A stretch of 63,881 nt of DNA, filler included. It is 7 parts of 7 records of this genome, joined end to end, with 100 filler letters (N's around TTAATTAATTAA, not from the genome) between each part and the next. Parts side by side here need not be neighbours in the genome. Positions count along the whole stretch, not along the records: positions 33,246 to 45,759 come from DRR723986_8852; positions 45,860 to 52,272 come from DRR723986_8853; 5 more parts are not named here. The stretch is one strand, 5' to 3'. How positions within the stretch are numbered: the first letter of the stretch is position 1; every line of letters starts with the position of its first letter. The position numbers were made by a program, and so were the translations under genes. The notes below the pieces were generated by a model that saw only the letters and a program-made list of their open reading frames with translations, was not told the DNA's origin and searched no databases. Below, piece by piece: positions 42,401 to 50,851 of the stretch.

Positions 42401-45400
42401 TTACTCCGGTTAATGACGCGCCGAGTTTTTCAACCGGCGCAACCGTTACAGTCGAAGAAGGCGCGGCGTCCTATGATCTGCCCTTTGCCACCGGTATAAC
42501 TGACGGTGACCCGGAAGTTGATCAGACATTGACCTTCCATCTGCTTGTCGATAACCCTGCGTTGTTTAACACGCAGCCAACCATTGCAGTCACAAACGGT
42601 AACATCCGCTTTGGCGTTGCAGCTAACACGGTTGGTACGGTCAACGTCATGGTCTCGCTTTCCGATAACGGTGGCACCAGCAACTGTGGCATCAATACAA
42701 CTGCTACACAGTCCTTCGTAATTGTAGTTAACAATCTCAATGACGCACCAGTATTCTCAACTGGCTCCAATGTGACAGTAGCTGAGGATTCTCCGCAATA
42801 TCAGGCGGCCTTTGCAACTGGTGTTGACGATGGTGATCCAACGACGACACAATCATTGACATTCCATGTTGTTGCGACGAACCCGACACTCTTCGCTCAA
42901 CAGCCATTTATCAGTACGTCAAACAACTTCCTGTTTTTCCGGCCTGCAAGTAATGCTTTCGGTACAACTGCTGTCCTGGTGAGCCTGAGTGACGATGGTC
43001 CCAACGGCGGGGGAGATGTTAACACATCTGCCACGCAGACCTTCTTTATTACAATCACACCGGTCAACGATGCGCCGACCATTTCGCCGCTTGCTGGTGC
43101 AGTAACAATTGATGAAAATAGCACGACCAATATTAATTTCAGTATCGCTGATATTGACAATGCAATTGGTGATTTGAAGGTGACAGCAACTTCATCGAAT
43201 ATCAGTCTGGTTACCAACGGCGGCCTGACCTTCGGTGCAACGATGGCGAATATGACCATGAATGTGCGGCCCAATTGTGGTGCTACCGGCTCGGTTAATA
43301 TTACTGTCACAGTTGACGATTGTGGTTCACCGGCGCTAACGACAACTGCCGTATTCCAGGTTAACATCGATCCTGTTCCTAGTTTTGTGATCAGCGGTGA
43401 CGCCGCGCCATGTCCGCGTACAACCGTGGAATACACCATGCCGCCTATCTCCGGCTCGACGTATACCTGGGCGATTACCAATGGTATTCTGATCAGCGGC
43501 CAGGGCACAACAGTTGCGACCGTTAACTGGGAATCCGGCACGACTGGAACAGTCTTTGCTTCAGTCCAGACACCGGCCGGCTGTACGTTTAACTCGCTGA
43601 TTTCGGTCACAACGATTAACATCGCTGCGAATCCGGACTTTGCCGAAACGGGTACAGGTGCAAGTGTAACGTTTAACGTTTTAACAAATGACGATGGAAG
43701 TAGCCTGACGCTGATCGGTGCTACCGACCCGCCTAATGGTTCACTTGTTACCAACGCCAATGGCTCAGTGACATACACGCCCGATAATGGATTTGCCGGT
43801 TTTGATTCGTTTAACTACACTATTCGCGACGGCAATGGCTGTCTTGAGACTGGCGCATCCGTGCAGGTAGTAGTGTCAAACGAAATCGACCAAATCGCAA
43901 TGTTCTTTGTCGAGCAGGAAAAAGACCGTCAGAATGGCGTTCGAGGCCTGCGCGGTGCACGCGGAACTGCTGTGTCTCCCGACGGCAAACATGTGTATGC
44001 AACTGGTCAGCTCGATCACTCCATTCCGTACTTTACGCGTGATTCATCCAATGGTGAATTGGCATACGTCAATCGTATTCGCAACAAAAAGGGCGGCGTT
44101 ACATCCATGCGTAACCCAACCGGAATCGCCGTTTCACCTGATGGCAAACATGTCTACGTTGCGGCCTACGGTAATGGAGCCGTTGTTTCCTTTACACGTA
44201 ACAGCGGTACCGGTGCATTAACATTCCTGGAAGCTAAGCGTAACGGCAAACTGGATGCTGGTAAAACCATCGCCGGTATTTCCCGTCCAATCGACCTGGC
44301 GATGAGTCTTGACGGTAAGACAATCTACGTTATCGGTTATACCGACAACTCAATTGCTGTGTTCCGTCGCGATCCAAACTCCGGTCTCTTGCAGTATGTT
44401 GAGCGCCACAAAGATGGTGTAGCCGGCGTTGACGGCATGCGTTATCCCCTTGGCCTTGACGTCAGCCCAGATGGCGAAAACGTTTATGTAGCCAGCACTG
44501 GTGATGATGCCGTAGCGGTGTTTGATCGTAACTCATCGACCGGTGAGTTAACATACAGTGCACGCCTCAAAGATGGTAACGGTGGTATTGACGGTATTGC
44601 CGATGCTTCCGACGTTGTCACCAGTTCCGACGGCGATCACGTTTACGTTGCCGGTTACGGTGATGAAGCGATAGCTGCATTTGACCGTGACGGTAATGGC
44701 GATCTAACATACAATAGTAAAGTCGATATCGGCTTGCTCGACGGTGTGTACGCTCTGGCCTCAGCGCCTAATGGAGCCCACGTCTTTGGAGTAGCTGAAC
44801 TTGATGACGCAATTGTGTCACTCGAACGCGATAAAACAAGTGGTGAGTTAACATACCTGGAAGGCCTGCGTGACGGCGTTGGTGGTGTTGATGCCCTGAA
44901 CGCTGCTCGTGACATCAGTCTTTCGCCTGACGGTCGTTTTGCATATACTGCTGCTTTTACAGATAAGGCTGTCGGTGTGTTTTATCGCAATCGTTTGCCG
45001 ATCGCAAAAGATGACGATGCCAGCACATGCCCAAGCTGTTCAACTGAGGTTATGGTTCTGACGAACGATGTCGAAAATGATCCGGGTGAAACGCTTACGG
45101 TAACGGGCAAAACTGACGGAGCTAACGGAACAGTATCAATCTCTGGTGGTTCTACAACGGTAACGTACACTAACTCTGGAACCGATGGGGTCGATAGCTT
45201 TACCTACACAATTTCCGATGGCAAAGGTGGCAGTTCGACTGCAACTGTTACGGTGTTTGTAGGCTTCAAGAAGTCTGGTCCGAATGCAAACGCAGCGCAT
45301 GCAGATACTGACATTCGTGTCAACCCCAACCCTGTTCGCGACATGGCAACGATTCACTTAAATGGATTGAGCAGCCGCGAATTGACCGTTTCGGTTCTTG

Positions 45401-45579
45401 ACATGTCCGGTCGTCGCGTTGCCACCTTGTTTAACGGCAAGGTTGGCAATAGTGTTCAGATGATCTGGAATGCGCGTAGCTACAAGCTGCCGGCCGGTGG
45501 ATATTCACTTGTTGTTGAACGCCTCCTGGAATCGGGTGAAATTCAGCAATTACATACGCCGGTACGCGTTGTCCGTTAA
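39430..45579 (+). CDS. 2049-aa secreted multidomain adhesin-like protein with a T9SS type-A sorting domain
   Basis: Signal peptide; GGAI/GGG beta-helix repeats ending GGPTRT..DQR..DSGAFE (choice-of-anchor-Q-like); Ig/cadherin-like NDAP repeats; seven SPDG..VY propeller blades; C-terminal VNPNPVRD..VSVLDMSGRRVATL..LPAGGY. Confidence 0.9.
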   Translation: MKNCAYRNLSFVSVLILFFAVGSAFSVTRTVTSSANAGANTLRDLIGASSDGDVIEFDASITTITLATEIDISVTLTITGPAADELTISGGSSSRIFLVTGTGKTVNISGIRFLNGRSQTTPIINFIVGGGAISHSNGILNIDECEFEGNVCDDGNGTTSFGYGGAIVSHSELNVTNSLFYNNSVSGTNAYGGGGVYCQDNGADHDVTFNNCTFYSNSVTAGNAAADGGGLYIAEEDPGGGDTAPLAEITNCTFYDNRSSSEGEQLHITNNGGDVGLVLRNNIFDNSANTAIQSVTCDCAGGLAFTTNGGNIYWDTPDTEITTGGTRDQVSQGIDGSGLTGSLGAFGGPTRTIPVNNGSSLADDNGVSGGPTLARDQRDFNREGNPDSGAFEFDGTYTFHELFPLDDATGVSVTSNLVITFDHNVTIGSGNLQVLRVADDGVVETIAVGSGAVTGGGTKVITVNPTSNLPGNTAVYVNYPTTAFDAPRGEANVAVSGNSTWNFTTGAPVNTPPVIATSNTVISGARTGENQVVFVTVSDLETSTSDIILTATSGNTNIVPDANIIQLGLTSATSSFRITTASLATFGTVSITITATDTNAGVSSTTFNVTFGPSAPSALAYSLSSPLNDPGFNVPDASGFGNRFILQVGANANRESSDILVTTGTFNAFGQLSAPSAVVQTEYTLFTGFGGASVGDGSGPAPATFGPSVASTVNTIRTQLQDRFARGANLTLSTASGAPAVLSNTTVSVTILLPETSQIGLTSTFGNTSGAAGAGVGIDGFNGGVTNFSGTTTVTVTMVTLDAANYIAATGNHTFPIFFFTTTVTASVDNPDFVLSGAGTTLSFSPIKAIDTGSMTITYNGSISTTAVITFTHAGSGEMGTTSVTISVDAVDPIVATSNTVITMKEDQGTSLYVSVFDGQSATSLIVLTGTSSNINLVATSGITQVSSATTAITCFSITNAIANTNGTVNITITGTDPESNTGSTTFSVTITPVNDAPSFSTGATVTVEEGAASYDLPFATGITDGDPEVDQTLTFHLLVDNPALFNTQPTIAVTNGNIRFGVAANTVGTVNVMVSLSDNGGTSNCGINTTATQSFVIVVNNLNDAPVFSTGSNVTVAEDSPQYQAAFATGVDDGDPTTTQSLTFHVVATNPTLFAQQPFISTSNNFLFFRPASNAFGTTAVLVSLSDDGPNGGGDVNTSATQTFFITITPVNDAPTISPLAGAVTIDENSTTNINFSIADIDNAIGDLKVTATSSNISLVTNGGLTFGATMANMTMNVRPNCGATGSVNITVTVDDCGSPALTTTAVFQVNIDPVPSFVISGDAAPCPRTTVEYTMPPISGSTYTWAITNGILISGQGTTVATVNWESGTTGTVFASVQTPAGCTFNSLISVTTINIAANPDFAETGTGASVTFNVLTNDDGSSLTLIGATDPPNGSLVTNANGSVTYTPDNGFAGFDSFNYTIRDGNGCLETGASVQVVVSNEIDQIAMFFVEQEKDRQNGVRGLRGARGTAVSPDGKHVYATGQLDHSIPYFTRDSSNGELAYVNRIRNKKGGVTSMRNPTGIAVSPDGKHVYVAAYGNGAVVSFTRNSGTGALTFLEAKRNGKLDAGKTIAGISRPIDLAMSLDGKTIYVIGYTDNSIAVFRRDPNSGLLQYVERHKDGVAGVDGMRYPLGLDVSPDGENVYVASTGDDAVAVFDRNSSTGELTYSARLKDGNGGIDGIADASDVVTSSDGDHVYVAGYGDEAIAAFDRDGNGDLTYNSKVDIGLLDGVYALASAPNGAHVFGVAELDDAIVSLERDKTSGELTYLEGLRDGVGGVDALNAARDISLSPDGRFAYTAAFTDKAVGVFYRNRLPIAKDDDASTCPSCSTEVMVLTNDVENDPGETLTVTGKTDGANGTVSISGGSTTVTYTNSGTDGVDSFTYTISDGKGGSSTATVTVFVGFKKSGPNANAAHADTDIRVNPNPVRDMATIHLNGLSSRELTVSVLDMSGRRVATLFNGKVGNSVQMIWNARSYKLPAGGYSLVVERLLESGEIQQLHTPVRVVR

Positions 45580-45633
45580 GCTGATGGTGGATTGAGATTC
45601 ACGTCTCTTCCTCTTGTAATCAGTCGTAAAACT

Positions 45634-45675
45634 ATAGGGCTCCTGGGACTTCGGTTTCAGGAGCCTTATGTGTTT
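45634..45675 (+). terminator. Terminator after the adhesin gene
   Basis: ATAGGGCTCCTGGGAC-TTCG-GTTTCAGGAGCCTTAT then T-rich sequence. Confidence 0.75.
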
Positions 45676-45759
45676 CTGGAGGCAAGGTCGCTTATGGAAT
45701 TGATTACTTGAGGGAAGCGCGCTGCGCCTCTGCAGTTATCACTTTGTGGCTGGCTTTTT

Positions 45760-45859
45760 NNNNNNNNNNNNNNNNNNNNNNNNNNNNNNNNNNNNNNNNN
45801 NNNTTAATTAATTAANNNNNNNNNNNNNNNNNNNNNNNNNNNNNNNNNNNNNNNNNNNN
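45760..45859. other. Artificial contig linker
   Basis: N44-TTAATTAATTAA-N44. Confidence 0.99.
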
Positions 45860-45860
45860 T

Positions 45861-46454
45861 GCGGTGGCCCATATCGAATTGAACGCGGTCGATCTGCATT
45901 GGGATATCGTGGCACGGTTTGGCCATGTGCCCATGCCGATTGGCTTTTATGATGATTGGGTCAAATCTGCGCAGGAAGAATCGAAACATTTCAACCTGAT
46001 ATGCGACTGTCTTGAGGCATTGGGCGCAGCCTATGGCGATTTGCCGGCCCATGCGGGCATGTGGCGCGCGGCCGAAGATACGCGCGACGATCTGCTGGCG
46101 CGGCTGGCGGTGGTGCCCATGGTTCTCGAGGCACGGGGCCTTGATGTCACCCCGGGGATGATTGCGCATTTCCAGCGCGGTGGCGTGGCACAAGCGGTCG
46201 AGGCGCTGAATGTGATCTATGCCGAAGAGGTGGCGCATGTGGCCTATGGCTCGAAATGGTTTCACTTTCTATGCGGGCGCGACAACCTGGACCCGCGCGA
46301 TGTGTTTCACGATCTTGTTCAGCGCTATTTCCATGGCGCATTGAAAGCGCCGTTTAACGAAGAAAAACGCGCCGAAGCCGGCCTGCCCCCCGATTTTTAT
46401 TGGCCATTGGCCGATGAAACGCCCCCTGCCCATGTGCGCATGCCCACGCCCTAA
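45861..46454 (+). CDS. Ferritin-like DUF455 protein, 5'-truncated
   Basis: AHIELNAVDL, EESKHF, LEARGLDV, EEVAHV di-iron ligands. Confidence 0.9.
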   Translation, partial: AVAHIELNAVDLHWDIVARFGHVPMPIGFYDDWVKSAQEESKHFNLICDCLEALGAAYGDLPAHAGMWRAAEDTRDDLLARLAVVPMVLEARGLDVTPGMIAHFQRGGVAQAVEALNVIYAEEVAHVAYGSKWFHFLCGRDNLDPRDVFHDLVQRYFHGALKAPFNEEKRAEAGLPPDFYWPLADETPPAHVRMPTP

Positions 46455-46538
46455 GCGCCACAATCGGCAGGTTTTCGCCACATATCCCCCCCCACCGGCA
46501 GAAATCGCCCGCCTTGGGCCAAAAATGTTGCGTCTTAA

Positions 46539-46554
46539 TTAACGGGGGGTTAAC
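46539..46554. promoter_or_regulatory. CtrA binding site
   Basis: TTAA-CGGGGGG-TTAAC, full TTAA-N7-TTAA(C) consensus about 60 bp upstream of the M23 gene. Confidence 0.8.
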
Positions 46555-46614
46555 AGCTTTTGCGAGGCACCGCTTAGGCCGGTGTTTGGGGGTAACAGCA
46601 AAAAGGAATGGTTC

Positions 46615-47952
46615 GTGCGATCACGCCTTGCCATCAAGACACACGCGTTTCTTGAACGTTGGTTTCCAGAACGCCGCGTATTCCTGCGCTCCGAAGTTGA
46701 CACACGCTTCATCCGCCTGCGCCCGCATGTGCAGCTGATTGGCTTTACTGGTGCAGCCCTTGTGATGGCGTGGTCGATTATCGCCACCTCGATTTTGCTG
46801 ATGGATTCGATTGGTGCGGGCAATTTCCGCGAACAGGCCAAGCGCGACCAGCGCATGTATGAAGAGCGGTTGAATTTCCTCTCCTCCGAACGCGATGCCC
46901 GCGCAGCCGAGGCCCTGGCCGCCCAACAACGGTTTAATTCCGCGCTCGAGCAGATCTCGGTGATGCAATCGCAGCTTTTGGCCTCGGAAACCCGGCGCCG
47001 CGAGCTGGAAACAGGTATCGAGGTTATCCAATCTACCCTGCGCCGCACTATGAAAGAGCGCGATACCTTGGGCGCCAAAATGGCGCAGCTGCAGGCAGAA
47101 GACGACAGCCAAAATGGCACCACCACCGGCCTGGCCGCCCTGCCCGTGGCCGAAGATACGCTGGGATTGATCGTCGAGGCGCTGGCCAGCACCGCCGCCG
47201 AGCGTGACCAGATCCGCAGCAACGCGCAAACCGCGCTGGTGGATGCCGAAACAATGGCACAAAAAATCATCACCATGCAGGAGCAAAACGAAGCAATCTT
47301 TCGCCAGCTGGAAGAGGCCATGGCCATTTCCGTGGCGCCCCTGGACCGGATGTTTCGCAAAGCTGGCATGAACACCGACAGCCTGATCGAACAGGTCAAG
47401 CGCGGCTATTCTGGCCAAGGCGGCCCGCTGACCCCCATCGCCCTGTCAACCCGGGGCGAGCTGCCAAGCGAGGCCACCGAACGCGCCAACCGCCTGCTGG
47501 ACCAGATGGACAGGCTAAACCTTTACCGTATCGCCGCACAGGCCGCGCCTTTTGCGATACCGGTTAAATCCAGCTACCGCTTTACCAGCGGATACGGCTA
47601 CCGCCGCGATCCAAAGACAGGCGGGCGCCGGATGCATAGTGGGGTCGATTTTGCAGGCCCTGTAGGAACCCCCCTCTATGCCACGGCCGATGGTGTGGTC
47701 ACCCATGCCGGCTGGCTTTCTGGCTATGGCCGTTTGGTGAAAATCAAACATGAATTCGGCATTGAAACACGCTATGCCCATATGTCCAAAATCCGCGTGA
47801 AAGTAGGACAAAGGGTATCGCGTGGCGAACGTATTGGTGATATGGGTGCCTCTGGACGTGTGACCGGCCCCCATCTCCACTACGAAGTGCGTGTCGGTGG
47901 CAAAGCTGTAAATCCCATGATCTATATCAAGGCTTCAAACGATGTTTTCTAA
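46615..47952 (+). CDS. Membrane-anchored coiled-coil M23 endopeptidase (LmdC-like)
   Basis: N-terminal FPERRVFLRS, TM, long coiled coil, HSGVD, YAHM, HLHYEVR. Confidence 0.92.
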   Translation: MRSRLAIKTHAFLERWFPERRVFLRSEVDTRFIRLRPHVQLIGFTGAALVMAWSIIATSILLMDSIGAGNFREQAKRDQRMYEERLNFLSSERDARAAEALAAQQRFNSALEQISVMQSQLLASETRRRELETGIEVIQSTLRRTMKERDTLGAKMAQLQAEDDSQNGTTTGLAALPVAEDTLGLIVEALASTAAERDQIRSNAQTALVDAETMAQKIITMQEQNEAIFRQLEEAMAISVAPLDRMFRKAGMNTDSLIEQVKRGYSGQGGPLTPIALSTRGELPSEATERANRLLDQMDRLNLYRIAAQAAPFAIPVKSSYRFTSGYGYRRDPKTGGRRMHSGVDFAGPVGTPLYATADGVVTHAGWLSGYGRLVKIKHEFGIETRYAHMSKIRVKVGQRVSRGERIGDMGASGRVTGPHLHYEVRVGGKAVNPMIYIKASNDVF

Positions 47953-48430
47953 AAGCAAGATCAACGATCCCGGCCCCAAGGCCACCGAAACACCCACCCC
48001 CGCAGCCGCCGATAGCACGGCGGCCAAGCCTATGACCGATTTCAAGGCCAGCGCCCCCAAGCCGAAACCGGCCGCCTCGGTGCTGTCGTCTGATCTGCAT
48101 ATCACCGGCAATATCAAAACCACTGGCGATATTCAGGTCGAGGGCTCGGTCGAGGGCGATATCCGCGCCCATCTGCTGACCATCGGCGAAACCGCCACCA
48201 TCAAGGGCGAGGTTGTGGCCGATGATGTGGTGATCAACGGCCGTATCGTGGGCCGCGTTCGCGGGTTGAAAGTGCGCCTGAGCTCGACCGCACGGGTCGA
48301 GGGCGACATCATCCACAAAACCATTGCCATTGAATCGGGGGCCCATTTCGAAGGCTCGGTTCAGCGCCAAGACGACCCGCTCAGCGGAAAAAGCGCGCCC
48401 AAAGCGGCGGCACCCGCAGAAAACGGCTGA
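47942..48430 (+). CDS. Bactofilin (polymer-forming cytoskeletal protein)
   Basis: MFSK membrane-targeting N-terminus; ITGNI..IQVEGSVEGDI..IESGAHFEG beta-helix. Confidence 0.95.
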   Translation: MFSKSKINDPGPKATETPTPAAADSTAAKPMTDFKASAPKPKPAASVLSSDLHITGNIKTTGDIQVEGSVEGDIRAHLLTIGETATIKGEVVADDVVINGRIVGRVRGLKVRLSSTARVEGDIIHKTIAIESGAHFEGSVQRQDDPLSGKSAPKAAAPAENG

Positions 48431-48546
48431 TTTTCAGCCCTTTTGGTCACAATTTTGGCATTGGGCGCCCTCGGGCGCCCAAATGTTTTTTTGAGACACT
48501 AAAATTTGTGCTAGGCTTGATCCATTGTTCAACCGGAGGATCAAGA

Positions 48547-48699
48547 ATGAAGACAGCACTTGCCGTTCTGGCCCTGGCCAGCTTCCCAGCGCTTGCCCAA
48601 GCGATGTGTTCGGACAAATCGCACCAGGCCATGTCTTGCGCCGAAGGCATGGTATGGGATGCCCAAAGCGGCAGCTGCACCAAACAGGTCAGCAGCTAA
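48547..48699 (+). CDS. 50-aa exported Cys-containing small protein
   Basis: GGAGG RBS; signal peptide ending AQA; mature MCSDKSHQAMSCAEGMVWDAQSGSCTKQVSS. Confidence 0.75.
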   Translation: MKTALAVLALASFPALAQAMCSDKSHQAMSCAEGMVWDAQSGSCTKQVSS

Positions 48700-48764
48700 A
48701 ACATTAGACGAAAATTTACCTCTGCCATCCCATAGTGCCCCAAGCATCTATCAAAGGGCCCAAG

Positions 48765-49892
48765 ATGGCAGAGCTTTCCGCAATCGCACAGATCACCCCA
48801 GCGCAACGCATGGCGCCCGCAGGCCAGCACCTGCCCGGCCAGCCCGCCAGCAGTGCCGCCAGCGCCACAGGCGCTGCAAAATCCAAACTGACACGCCGGC
48901 AAAAAGCCGCCATCGTGGTGCGGTTTTTGATCAGCGAAGGCGCGCCATTGGAACTGGCGCATCTGCCCCCCCACCACCAAGACAGCCTGACCCGGCAAAT
49001 GGGGGCGATGCGCAGCATAGATCGCGCCACATTGGCCGAGGTGATCCAGGAATTTGCCGGCGATCTGGAACAGTTCGGCCTGTCATTTCCCCGCGGCCTG
49101 ATGGCGGCATTGCAAGATATGGATGGCAAACTGGCGCCAGAAGCGGCCGAGAAACTGCGCCTGGATGCCGGGCTGCAAAAGGCCACAGACCCGTGGGAAA
49201 AAATTCGTGCGCTTGAGCCTGCCAGCTTGCTCGAAATCATCAACCGCGAGGCGCCCGAGGTTTCTGCCGTGTTGCTGTCGAAATTAGACACCCGCAAAGC
49301 CGCCAACCTGCTAAGCCAACTTCCCGGCGATCAGGCCCGGGCGCTGACCTTGTCGATTTCGCGCACCGCAGGCATTCGCGCCGATGCCGTGGCGCGCATT
49401 GGCGTGGCCTTGGCCGAACAGCTGCAAGACACCCCCGACACCGCCTTTACAGAAACCCCCAGCCGCCGGGTTGGCGCCATGCTGAATATGTCGCCCGCCG
49501 CCACCCGCGATGCGCTGTTGCAGCAGATCGAGGCGGCAGATGCCCATTTTGCCGCCGAAGTGCGCCAATCGATCCTGACCTTTGCCGATCTGCGCCAGCG
49601 CCTGCCCGAAAACGCTGTGGCGCGCGTTTTGCGCGAGGTGGATCAGCCCACTTTGGTGGTGGCGCTGCAATATGGCGTGCAAACGGGGGGGGGCGACGCT
49701 GATAGCGCCGAATTCCTTTTGGCGGGCCTCTCGCGCCGCATGGCCGAGGCCGTGCGCGAAGAAATGGCCGAACGTGGCACTATCCCAGATACCCACGGCG
49801 AAGAGGCGCAAAATGCCATCATCGCGGCCACCCGGCAACTGGAAGAGGGGGGCGACATTGCCCTGCACCCCCCCGAATTGGCCCAGCCCTAA
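48765..49892 (+). CDS. fliG: FliG-like flagellar switch protein, isolated from other flagellar genes
   Basis: LTRRQKAAIVV, EAPEVSAVLLSKL, ILTFADL, LSRRMAEAVREEM, AQNAII..LEEGGDI. Confidence 0.75.
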   Translation: MAELSAIAQITPAQRMAPAGQHLPGQPASSAASATGAAKSKLTRRQKAAIVVRFLISEGAPLELAHLPPHHQDSLTRQMGAMRSIDRATLAEVIQEFAGDLEQFGLSFPRGLMAALQDMDGKLAPEAAEKLRLDAGLQKATDPWEKIRALEPASLLEIINREAPEVSAVLLSKLDTRKAANLLSQLPGDQARALTLSISRTAGIRADAVARIGVALAEQLQDTPDTAFTETPSRRVGAMLNMSPAATRDALLQQIEAADAHFAAEVRQSILTFADLRQRLPENAVARVLREVDQPTLVVALQYGVQTGGGDADSAEFLLAGLSRRMAEAVREEMAERGTIPDTHGEEAQNAIIAATRQLEEGGDIALHPPELAQP

Positions 49893-49972
49893 GCCCGGCC
49901 AAGCCATATAGACAGGGCCAGCACATCGGCCTAAACCGGGGGCATGAGTTATCGTTTCCCCACGCCCCGCCG

Positions 49973-50851
49973 ATGAGCCGCCTTTCACAAAAAGGCCAGG
50001 CCATCTTGCTGATGATCGGCGCGATGGTGCTGTTCAGCGCCATGGATGCCACCGCCAAGGAAATGGCGCAGGTTGTGGGCACCGTGCCCGCGATATGGGC
50101 GCGCTATGCCGGGCAATCGCTGGTGGTGCTGGCCATCGTGGCCCCGCGGCTGCGGCAGGTGGCGCGCACACGCTATCCCAAGCTGCAATTGGCCCGCTCG
50201 GTTTTCTTGATGTTTGGCACCACCTTCTTTTTCTTTGGCGTGGCCAATATCGGCCTGGCCGAAGCCACCGCAATCATGGATATCAACCCAGTCTTGATCA
50301 CCTTGGGGGCGGCGATTTTCCTGGGCGAGCGGATCGGCCCGCGCCGGGCATTTGCCATTGGCGCCTCGCTTATCGGCGCCTTGATCATCATCCGGCCGGG
50401 ATCGGATGTGTTTTCCACCTACGCGCTGCTGCCCTTGATCGCCGCGATCAGCTATTCGGCCTATAACATCGCCACGCGGTTTGTTGGGCGCAACGAAGAC
50501 CCGTGGACATCGCTGCTTTACACAGCCTTGTTTGGGGCCGTGGTGTTTTCGGTGATCGTGCCGTTTTTCTGGGTGGCGCCGGGGCCGAAAGGTTGGGCAT
50601 TGATGGCGCTGCTGGCGCTTTTTGGCACCACATCGCAATTGTGCCTGATCAAGGCCCTGTCATTGGGCGAGGCGGGCATGCTTGCGCCTTTTGCCTATAC
50701 AGGGCTGATCTTTGCCACGCTTTGGGGCATCATTTTCTTCAACGAGTTTCCAGATTTTTGGACAATCATAGGGGCGCTTGTGATCGTGGTGGCGGGCATT
50801 TATGTCTGGCATCGCGAAACTTTTGGCAAAGCGCAGCACAAGAGCGAATGA
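49973..50851 (+). CDS. DMT/EamA transporter
   Basis: 10 TM; LGERIGPRR, IIRPG, LAPFAY. Confidence 0.9.
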   Translation: MSRLSQKGQAILLMIGAMVLFSAMDATAKEMAQVVGTVPAIWARYAGQSLVVLAIVAPRLRQVARTRYPKLQLARSVFLMFGTTFFFFGVANIGLAEATAIMDINPVLITLGAAIFLGERIGPRRAFAIGASLIGALIIIRPGSDVFSTYALLPLIAAISYSAYNIATRFVGRNEDPWTSLLYTALFGAVVFSVIVPFFWVAPGPKGWALMALLALFGTTSQLCLIKALSLGEAGMLAPFAYTGLIFATLWGIIFFNEFPDFWTIIGALVIVVAGIYVWHRETFGKAQHKSE

